A stretch of DNA of 64,000 nt from an uncultured Mycoplasmatota bacterium (GTDB lineage: Bacteria; Bacillota_I; Bacilli_A; RF39; UBA660): positions 1,592 through 65,591 of the forward strand of contig CASEIJ010000047.1 in NCBI GenBank assembly GCA_949288035.1. Direction: 5' to 3'. Under the pieces are notes generated by a model, which did not search any database, had not been told where the DNA came from, and saw nothing but the letters and a program-made list of their open reading frames with translations. Both the position numbers and the translations under genes were made by a program. Below are positions 57,207 through 64,000 of the stretch, piece after piece (the stretch's first letter is position 1; each line of letters opens with the position of its first letter).

Positions 57207-58281
57207 AGAATTCCTCCATCATACTATTTATTATTTGAGTAATTACTGGTGGGCTAACTGCATTTCCTGCCTGCTTATATAATTGAGTATCACTCATACC
57301 ATTTTTCTTTACATTGTTTACAAATTTTTTATCGAATCCTTGAATTCTTAAAGCTTCATATGGAGTTAATTTTCTTATTCTAAATTCATTCATATCAGTA
57401 ATTATTATTTTAGGGCTATCAGATCTAGCTAATAGTGTCGGAGATATCCCATTTATTGAATATACTCTTCTTTGTCTGTCTAAATCATTATGGATTTCTT
57501 TTGGTAAATCAAATTGTTTAATTATTTTTCTTTGCTTTTTAGACATAAGTTCTTTTTTATTAATTCCTTTTAAATATTTATTCACTTTAAATGTATTTAA
57601 ATAGTATTTACTATCAACTTTTTCATCTAAGATATCACTAATATATTTTGTCTTTACATTAAATGAGACATTATTAAAAAAATTCATTGTCATTAATTTA
57701 TTTTCATTAGCCCATTTCTTAATTTCATTAATTTTTTGATTTCTTTTATCTGTTTCAAACTTTTCTGTTTTATGATTATATACCCCAACAATATATGTCC
57801 GTTCTCTACTTTGTGGAACGCCAGCCTCATTAGAATTTATAACAGTAATATCAAATGTATAATTACATTTTGATATATTTCTCAAAATTGTTTTTATAGT
57901 ATTACCATTATTATGACTTATAAGATTTTTTACATTTTCTAATAATATATATTTAGGTTTTTTTTCTTTTATTATTCTTATTATATCAAAAAAAAGTGTT
58001 CCTCTTATATCATTAAATCCTTTTCTTTTTCCTGCTACTGAAAAAGATTGACATGGGAAACCAGCACATAGCAAATCATGATCTGGAATATCTTTTTCAT
58101 TGATTTGTTTTATATCTCCATGCATATTTTTTAAAGAAAAATTATATCCATAAGTCTTTATGGCAAAGCTATCAATTTCTGAAGCAAAAACAATTTCATA
58201 ATTTAAATTAGATTTTTCTAATCCCTTTTCAAAGCCACCGATTCCAGAAAATAGTGAAACAACTTTAATTTTACTTCCCAT
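57193..58281 (-). CDS. DNA (cytosine-5)-methyltransferase
   Basis: Motif I FSGIGGF, IV GFPCQSFS, VI ENV, VIII QSRER, X GNAVSPP. Start at MGSKIKV (RBS GGAGGAG). Overlaps the next MTase by 14 nt. Confidence 0.93.
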   Translation of the reverse strand: MGSKIKVVSLFSGIGGFEKGLEKSNLNYEIVFASEIDSFAIKTYGYNFSLKNMHGDIKQINEKDIPDHDLLCAGFPCQSFSVAGKRKGFNDIRGTLFFDIIRIIKEKKPKYILLENVKNLISHNNGNTIKTILRNISKCNYTFDITVINSNEAGVPQSRERTYIVGVYNHKTEKFETDKRNQKINEIKKWANENKLMTMNFFNNVSFNVKTKYISDILDEKVDSKYYLNTFKVNKYLKGINKKELMSKKQRKIIKQFDLPKEIHNDLDRQRRVYSINGISPTLLARSDSPKIIITDMNEFRIRKLTPYEALRIQGFDKKFVNNVKKNGMSDTQLYKQAGNAVSPPVITQIINSMMEEFYEKV

Positions 58282-58737
58282 GTTACTCCTCCTGTACAAG
58301 ATTTTTCATACATTTAACATTATACCATCAATGATTATTTTTTCATAGAACACTAATACAATTATTTTTTATTCTACTTTAATAACAATACTTATAACAT
58401 CACTAAACGGGTATGGACCTCCATCATAGGAAATTATAGCAAATCCCCAAGTACTATACATTTCCATTGCTTGCTAATAACTTAAATTTATAAAAATAAG
58501 CGATAACTTCTTCCCCATTGGGGAAAAAATAGGTAATTTTTTGAAAATAAAAATATAAAATTTGGAAAGTTTCTTGAATGTTTTTTGGTATATAAAACGA
58601 GATAATTTGGGGTATTGATTTACTAACTTGCTATGTTAAAATATAGTAGAATAGCAAAAATTATAAAATTTAATGAAACAAATTAAATTTTGAGAAGTTT
58701 ATGACTTCTCTTTTTTGTTTTATAGGAAGGAGCGTTT

Positions 58738-59007
58738 ATGGATAACTTTGTGATGGTTCCAACACATTTAATTAATTCTAAAATACCTAGAAGTGCAATG
58801 TTACTTCTAGGTATTTTAAATTCTAATGCTAGACAATTAGGTTATGCTTATGGAACAAATAAGTATTATGCTAAGCAATTGGGTTGTTCAACAAGAACTA
58901 TTACTAACCTACTAAAATATTTAGCTGATAACAATTATATAACTATTATTAATGGTAATAGCTTTAAACGAAGAATCTATATTAGAAATAAAGTTCTAAT
59001 TACTTAG
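58738..59007 (+). CDS. small helix-turn-helix protein (island regulatory/replication-type)
   Basis: YYAKQLGCSTRTITNLLKYLADNNYI HTH. Candidate promoter TTGATT-16-TAAAAT about 100 nt upstream. Confidence 0.55.
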   Translation: MDNFVMVPTHLINSKIPRSAMLLLGILNSNARQLGYAYGTNKYYAKQLGCSTRTITNLLKYLADNNYITIINGNSFKRRIYIRNKVLIT

Positions 59008-59120
59008 AAAATAATTTCTATATATGTAGAACTATATTTCTTACATAATAAATAAGTTAAATATATAAATTAACAATATAATTACAAGATCTTGCAAGAT
59101 GAGGTCTTGGGGAGGTTTTA

Positions 59121-59570
59121 ATGAAAATAAATAATTATATTTTAGTTCATGGTAAAATAATTAATATCAAGAATAATGTTGATGAAAAATATATTTGGTT
59201 TGATATATCGAAAGATGAATATTTTAAAGATAAGGATGGAAAGTTAAAAAATTATCCATCCTTTTTTAGTGCTAGAATATCTAAAACAATTGCCAATAAA
59301 TATATTCTTGATACCAATTTTGAAATTGTTGTAAAAGGTATTCCTAAAGGTTATTTAGATAAAAATGGATATAGACAAAACTATATACATGCTACGGAAA
59401 TTAATGGTGTAGAAACTAAAGAAGATATACTAAATCAAGTTATTAGTTATGATATCGATGGAATTATGTTATGGAACGGAAAAAGATGTGAATCGATTCC
59501 TACTACTAAAGAAGAACAATTAGAACTTCAGAAAATGATAAACGAAATATGCGGAAAGGATGATGAATAA
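59121..59570 (+). CDS. hypothetical protein (possible OB-fold)
   Basis: ORF with RBS GGGGAGG. The N-terminus is loosely SSB-like (NNYILVHGKII...). No firm motif. Confidence 0.45.
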   Translation: MKINNYILVHGKIINIKNNVDEKYIWFDISKDEYFKDKDGKLKNYPSFFSARISKTIANKYILDTNFEIVVKGIPKGYLDKNGYRQNYIHATEINGVETKEDILNQVISYDIDGIMLWNGKRCESIPTTKEEQLELQKMINEICGKDDE

Positions 59571-59800
59571 TGAATGCTAAAGAAACATTAGAATTAATTT
59601 CTAAACAATGGTGTAATTTGGATGATTTAATGAAATTATCTAATCTTGGAATTAATAATGCTTTCAAGTTGAAGAAAGAAATAAAAACACTTTGTGAAGA
59701 AAAAGGCTACCTACTTCCAAAAGGTTTATTACCTATGTGTGAAGTGGTAGCTTATTTAAAAATTAATATTGATTACTTAAAAGAGATGAGTAACAACTAA
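59570..59800 (+). CDS. DUF3173-like small protein (candidate excisionase/recombination directionality factor)
   Basis: 76 aa, directly upstream of the integrase. Pattern ..DLMKLS.LG...AFKLKKEIK....EKGY.LPKG.LP...V, resembling DUF3173 proteins that precede integrases in streptococcal integrative elements. Confidence 0.45.
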   Translation: MNAKETLELISKQWCNLDDLMKLSNLGINNAFKLKKEIKTLCEEKGYLLPKGLLPMCEVVAYLKINIDYLKEMSNN

Positions 59801-59884
59801 TCGTAAACTAGTAAGACATTTTATTTTGTTATACAATTGGCTCGCATGATTGATTTATTTGTGTGGCCAGTAAAGGAGGATTAT

Positions 59885-60997
59885 ATGGCTGTTAAACAAG
59901 TAAGTAAAGAAGAAGCAACTAAAGATGGTCGCAGGTGGATATTTTATAATTCTTTATATTTAAGTGGTGGAACTAGAAAAAAATATAAATCTAAAAAGTT
60001 TGCGACTAGAAATGAAGCTGTTAAAGCCGAACAAAATTTTATGTCTAAAGTTGAGAAAAAAGAAATTAATGTTACAGACATGACTTTTAAAGATTTATAT
60101 GAAGAATTTTACGCTTATAAATCAGATAAAGGCAAATCTACAACCATGAGAACATATCGTGAAAGAATTACTTCTTTAAAGATGCTAGAAAAAGTAAAAG
60201 TAAGAGATTTTAATATTACTCATTATTTAAAATGGCGTACTATGATTTCCAATAAACCAGTTGCTGTTAAAACTAAAAATCATTATCATAAATTTTTAAA
60301 AGAAATATTGAACTATGGTACGAAATGGCATGACTTTAATTTCACTTCTGTGTATAACAGAATGGAAAAGTTTACTGATCCTAACGCTGTACCAAAGGAA
60401 ATGGATTATTACACTTATGAAGAATTTAAAAAGTTTATTGCTTGTGAAGATGATTTAAAGTTTATTTGTGTATTTGAAATATTATATTATTGTGGTCTTC
60501 GTAGAGGAGAACTTAGAGGTCTTACTTGGGATAACATTGATTTTGAAGATAAGACTTTATCTATCGTTAAAAATGTTGTAAATGAAAATGGCGATGGTGG
60601 TTATTGGAAGATTACTACTCCTAAAACTCGTACCTCTACTAGAACAATACCAATGCCAGATATTTTAGTAGATCATTTAAAAGAATATAAAAAACAAGTT
60701 TCTAAATATTATAACTTTAATCAAAAATGGTTTGTCGTTGGTGATGTTTCTCCACTACACCCAGATGTTCTTAGAAAAAGAAAAAATAAAAATGCAATGA
60801 ATGCTGGTTTAAAACAAATTAGAATTCATGATTTTAGACATTCTTGTGCATCTTTACTCATTAATAATGGTGCTAATATTATGATTGTTGCTAAATACTT
60901 AGGGCACGCTAAAATTGATGAAACATTAAATACTTATTCTCACCTATTTAAAAATAAAATGGATGATATTGTTAATATGATGAATCATTTAAAATAG
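59885..60997 (+). CDS. tyrosine recombinase / phage-type integrase
   Basis: CGLRRGELRGL (Arg I), HDFRHSCAS (His-x-x-Arg), LGHAKIDETLNTYSHL (His/Tyr nucleophile). Start at MAVKQV (RBS AAGGAGGA). Confidence 0.92.
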   Translation: MAVKQVSKEEATKDGRRWIFYNSLYLSGGTRKKYKSKKFATRNEAVKAEQNFMSKVEKKEINVTDMTFKDLYEEFYAYKSDKGKSTTMRTYRERITSLKMLEKVKVRDFNITHYLKWRTMISNKPVAVKTKNHYHKFLKEILNYGTKWHDFNFTSVYNRMEKFTDPNAVPKEMDYYTYEEFKKFIACEDDLKFICVFEILYYCGLRRGELRGLTWDNIDFEDKTLSIVKNVVNENGDGGYWKITTPKTRTSTRTIPMPDILVDHLKEYKKQVSKYYNFNQKWFVVGDVSPLHPDVLRKRKNKNAMNAGLKQIRIHDFRHSCASLLINNGANIMIVAKYLGHAKIDETLNTYSHLFKNKMDDIVNMMNHLK

Positions 60998-61030
60998 TTA
61001 TTTGTAATAAAAAAAGACTTTTTCAAGTCT

Positions 61031-61054
61031 TTGGGTACCTAGTTGGGTACCTAA
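61031..61054. repeat. arm repeat TTGGGTACCTAGTTGGGTACCTAA (right arm of island 2)
   Basis: Direct-orientation copy of 53104..53126, lying between the int stop and att copy C. Confidence 0.8.
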
Positions 61055-61091
61055 AATATATTTTAAAGGCTACAAACCCTTTGATATCAAC

Positions 61092-61124
61092 AAAAAGTGG
61101 AGCCTTTCGGCTCCTTCAGGGGGT
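61092..61124. repeat. att-like direct repeat, copy C (chromosomal junction; terminator hairpin of the transcript downstream of recG)
   Basis: AAAAAGTGGAGCC-TTTC-GGCTCCTTCAGGGGGT. Confidence 0.8.
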
Positions 61125-61186
61125 TTTGGTTGAGACCACTCACATTCGTCGGTAAGAGTCTCAAGCGCGTGACTACTATCACGCTA
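61092..61186 (-). ncRNA. candidate ~95-nt small RNA (or structured recG 3' UTR) whose terminator is the island att site
   Basis: Minus-strand TTGACT (61220-61215, overlapping the recG stop), 17 nt, TAAACT (61197-61192). Hairpins GCGTGA/TCACGC and TTGAGAC/GTCTCAA. Terminator GGAGCC-GAAA-GGCTCC plus T5. Confidence 0.4.
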
Positions 61187-61216
61187 GACTAAGTTTACTA
61201 AATTTTCAATAAAAAG

Positions 61217-63208
61217 TCAATCTAAATGAACAATGCTTTTTTCAAATTCTGTAAAGCGTTTTTCTTCCTCAAAATCAAAATATATTTTATTTTGTCTAAA
61301 TAATTCTGCATCTTCTTTGGCATGTTTGACAATTGAAAAATCTTTATAAATATCTGCTAATTGAAAACTCATGTCACCACTTTGTCTTACTCCAAAAAAA
61401 TCTCCACTTCCACGTAAACGAAAATCTTCTTCACTAATCTGAAACCCATCTGATACTTTTGTTAAAATTTGTAATCGTTCTTTATCATAGTTTGAAACAA
61501 GTAAACAATAGCTTTGTAATTCATTACGACCAACTCTTCCTCGTAATTGATGTAATTGCGATAAACCAAAACGTTCGGCATTAAAAATTACGATCATGGT
61601 CGCATTGGTTACATCAACTCCTACTTCAATGACGGTTGTACTAATTAGAATTTGAATTTTATTCTCTTGAAATTCACTCATGATTTTTTCTTTTGTATTG
61701 CCATCTTGTTTCCCATGTAACATATCAATTGTATAACGTTTTCCAAAAGCTTTTTTCATATTCTCATACATCGTATCCACTGCTTTGGTATCACTTTCTT
61801 CATTTTCTTCAATTAATGGTGCCACGACATAAATTTGATGTCCTTTTTGTAATTCAACATACATTTTTGTTAATACTTCTTTTAATTGTTTTTCAGAAAA
61901 CAATTGTGTTTCAATTTCTTTTCTTCCCGTTGGTCTTGTTTTAATATTGCTTACTTCCATATCTCCATAAATTGTTAAAGCATATGTTCTAGGAATTGGG
62001 GTTGCACTCATATATAATATATCTGGTGTTAAGCCTTTATTTTTTAATTCTCTTCTTTGTTGTACTCCAAATCGATGTTGTTCGTCTGTAATTACTAACC
62101 CTAAATTATGATAAGTTACTTTTTCACTAATCAAAGCATGTGTTCCAATTACAAGATCTATCTTTCCTTCAAAAATATCCTTTTGGATTTGTTTTTTTTC
62201 ACTGGCTTTTAACTTGCCTGTTAATAAAGCTACTGTCATATGATATGGTTCTAATAGTTCTTTTGCTTTTTGATAGTGTTGAATCGCTAAAATCTCTGTT
62301 GGAGCCATAAACGCTGTCTGATATCCACTTAAAAAATTCATATAACTAGCGATGAACGCTAAAATTGTTTTTCCACTTCCAACATCACCTTGAATTAAAC
62401 GATTCATACGAGATGAGCTTTCTAGATCATGGAATATATCTTGTACTGCTTGTCCTTGATCTACCGTTAATGAAAAAGGTAACTGTTGAATCATATTCTG
62501 TACTTTTTGATATGAGATTTTTCTTTGTAATCCTGTTTCTTTTTTTCTAACTTCTTTTAATAAAGTCATTTTATAAAAAAACATAAATAGCTCTTCATAC
62601 TTTAATCTTGTTCGAGCTTTTTTTAATGTTATGGTCGAAGTAGGATGATGAATTTCTAACACACTTTCTTCTTTAGATGGAAAATGATATTTTTCTTCTA
62701 TCGTTTTTGGAATAAAACTAGGTCTTGGTTTCGCAAGTTTCAATGCTTCATCAATCCACTGTATCATTTTCTTATTAGTTATTTTAGAAGTTAAATGGTA
62801 AATACTTTCTACGTATTCTTTTTCTAGTTTACCAAATTGAAGTTGTGAAGCTACGATTTGATTTTTCTTTGGCTTCCATTTTCCAAATACTGTAACTTCT
62901 GTTCCTGGTTTTAAATTCTTTTTTAAATATGCACGATTAAATATCACAATATCAATCCAAGCATCACGCGTCTGTATACGAAAGTTCATTCGTTCCATAT
63001 GTTTTTTAAAGTAAACAACACGAGGAATATTTGTTACTGTTCCATCGATAATGACTGAATCATCTTCTTTTGCTTCTTTCATATTGGTTCTTCTAATTAG
63101 TTCATAGCGATATGGATAATATTCTATAAAATCTTCTAATGTATCAATTCCTAAATGAGATAGTGCCTGTTTTGTTTTAGGTCCTATTCCTGTTAATGTT
63201 TCTAACAT
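61217..63208 (-). CDS. recG: ATP-dependent DNA helicase RecG
   Basis: Wedge/OB N-terminus, motif I GDVGSGKT, DEQHRFGV, SATPIPRT, QLHQLRGRVGR. Start probably MLETLTG (ATG 63208). Confidence 0.95.
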   Translation of the reverse strand: MLETLTGIGPKTKQALSHLGIDTLEDFIEYYPYRYELIRRTNMKEAKEDDSVIIDGTVTNIPRVVYFKKHMERMNFRIQTRDAWIDIVIFNRAYLKKNLKPGTEVTVFGKWKPKKNQIVASQLQFGKLEKEYVESIYHLTSKITNKKMIQWIDEALKLAKPRPSFIPKTIEEKYHFPSKEESVLEIHHPTSTITLKKARTRLKYEELFMFFYKMTLLKEVRKKETGLQRKISYQKVQNMIQQLPFSLTVDQGQAVQDIFHDLESSSRMNRLIQGDVGSGKTILAFIASYMNFLSGYQTAFMAPTEILAIQHYQKAKELLEPYHMTVALLTGKLKASEKKQIQKDIFEGKIDLVIGTHALISEKVTYHNLGLVITDEQHRFGVQQRRELKNKGLTPDILYMSATPIPRTYALTIYGDMEVSNIKTRPTGRKEIETQLFSEKQLKEVLTKMYVELQKGHQIYVVAPLIEENEESDTKAVDTMYENMKKAFGKRYTIDMLHGKQDGNTKEKIMSEFQENKIQILISTTVIEVGVDVTNATMIVIFNAERFGLSQLHQLRGRVGRNELQSYCLLVSNYDKERLQILTKVSDGFQISEEDFRLRGSGDFFGVRQSGDMSFQLADIYKDFSIVKHAKEDAELFRQNKIYFDFEEEKRFTEFEKSIVHLD

Positions 63209-63338
63209 ATCATTCACCAATCACATTATATCAAACAAAGGTTCGTTTTTCTATTTATTTCTACTTTTTTTCTCATTTTTTCACATTTTTCTTTCTAAAA
63301 TACTTGACTTTTTTCTTCTTTCAGATTATTATAAAAGC

Positions 63339-63438
63339 ACCAATTCGGAAATGTTCGAATTGGAGCTAGTATCACACTAGCCAACCCCTTTTTATTCTTT
63401 TAAGGGAGTGGTCTTCAGGGGGCCACTCCTATTTTTTT
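63339..63438 (+). ncRNA. candidate ~100-nt orphan small RNA divergent from recG
   Basis: TTGACT (63304-63309), 17 nt, TATTAT (63327-63332). Hairpins CCAATTCG/CGAATTGG and GCTAGT/ACTAGC. Terminator GGAGTGGTC...GGCCACTCC plus T-run (63405-63438). No + strand ORF follows. Confidence 0.45.
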
Positions 63439-63464
63439 GTATAAAAAAAGTGATAAAATCACTT

Positions 63465-64000
63465 TTAATCAAATACATTTGAAAATCTTGTTTTATAAAT
63501 TTTAGATGCATATCTTTTTTCATATTTACCTGGAGATATTTCTTCTTGATATTCATATTTTACATAAATTGTTACACATTGTAGCCAAATCCCTTGGGCA
63601 GTAAAATTTAATTCATGCTCTGTATAATCCATTTGCTCTCCATAATTTGGATCATTTTCAAAATCAGATATATCATCGTAAGTATATTTCTTTTTATATC
63701 TCGCATCGATAATTTTTACATTATCTTTTGTTGTAATATTGAGTGTTCTAGAATATTGTCCCCAACTGGATGTTAAATCACCAAAACTACCTGAGACGAA
63801 AATATCTTCAAAATCACCAGAAAGAACAATTAAACCTTCAATCACAATACTTTGGATAGATGTTAATCCCTTTTCATCTTTGGCATATACTGTATAATAT
63901 CCATTTTTATTAAGACCTTCTACACTATATAAATTCCCTTCTTTTGTCATAGAAATTCCACTGCTTGCAATGGTTGATTCATCTACTTTTCCTACCATAT
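63465..64000 (-). CDS. hypothetical protein, N-terminus beyond the right edge
   Basis: Open frame to the window end. Beta-rich sequence with no motif. Terminator AAAGTGAT-TTTA-TCACTTT lies just downstream. Confidence 0.5.
   Translation of the reverse strand, partial: MVGKVDESTIASSGISMTKEGNLYSVEGLNKNGYYTVYAKDEKGLTSIQSIVIEGLIVLSGDFEDIFVSGSFGDLTSSWGQYSRTLNITTKDNVKIIDARYKKKYTYDDISDFENDPNYGEQMDYTEHELNFTAQGIWLQCVTIYVKYEYQEEISPGKYEKRYASKIYKTRFSNVFD

Larger units (their letters stand above)
52963..61124. mobile_element. integrative genomic (defence) island (island 2), about 8.1 kb
   Basis: Bounded by att copies B and C. Integrase and Xis-like genes sit at the right end. Matching GGTACC-containing arm repeats lie inside both ends. 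Confidence 0.75.

Noticed and set aside
58369-58467. 32-aa minus-strand ORF upstream of the first methyltransferase, considered as a possible controller (C) protein.
   Set aside because: It has no helix-turn-helix pattern (MEMYSTWGFAIISYDGGPYPFSDVISIVIKVE), it is too short, and it has no obvious RBS. It is probably non-coding or a gene remnant.
61092-61200. Whether the island target is a tRNA, tmRNA or SRP RNA gene.
   Set aside because: There is no cloverleaf, no T-loop GTTCGAATC-type sequence and no tmRNA-like 3' end. The SRP domain IV motif (GGAA tetraloop with an AGCAGC strand) is also absent. Only a generic terminator hairpin is present, so I report it as a candidate sRNA or 3' UTR only.

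Overview
This is an AT-rich (roughly 70% A+T by eye) chromosomal segment using the standard genetic code (TGA acts as a stop and Trp is TGG). It comes from a low-GC, spore-forming Firmicute. SpoVID-like and YsxE/CotS-like genes, RNase Y, Lon, a T-box-controlled ileS and a ddl-murF pair all support that placement.

Most of the window is minus-strand housekeeping:
- tmk, hemW, ileS, dinB, lon, a U32 peptidase and an M29 aminopeptidase
- rny, a P-type ATPase, a sufC/sufBD-like pair with a TetR regulator, and a Zn-ADH
- xth, ddl, murF, an SPFH/NfeD pair and recG
- four tRNAs (Ile-Asn-Glu cluster and Lys)

Accessory and unusual content:
1. Two tandem integrative islands (50.9-61.1 kb) are bounded by three direct copies of a hairpin-containing att sequence. 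That sequence is the terminator of a short, promoter-equipped transcript just downstream of recG.
   - The inner island (about 8.1 kb) is intact. It carries a tyrosine integrase, a DUF3173-like Xis candidate and a co-directional defence cluster. The cluster holds two overlapping m5C methyltransferases, a 530-aa orphan nuclease-like ORF and an ABC-ATPase/TOPRIM (OLD/PARIS-like) fusion.
   - The outer island (about 2 kb) is a decayed remnant with a multiply disrupted AlbA_2/HATPase_c_4-type gene.
2. An ISL3 element sits at the 3' end of the U32 gene.
3. A modular repeat locus is present twice (about 4.0-5.4 kb and 27.6-28.4 kb). It contains a conserved promoter-plus-terminator mini-transcript. 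One copy also carries a stand-alone HEPN (Rx4H) protein.
4. Two amidoligase-like paralogs flank ileS.
5. The MurF-like ligase has its N-terminal domain replaced by transmembrane helices.

No CRISPR array or rRNA gene was seen. All functional calls come from motif recognition by eye; no database search was possible.
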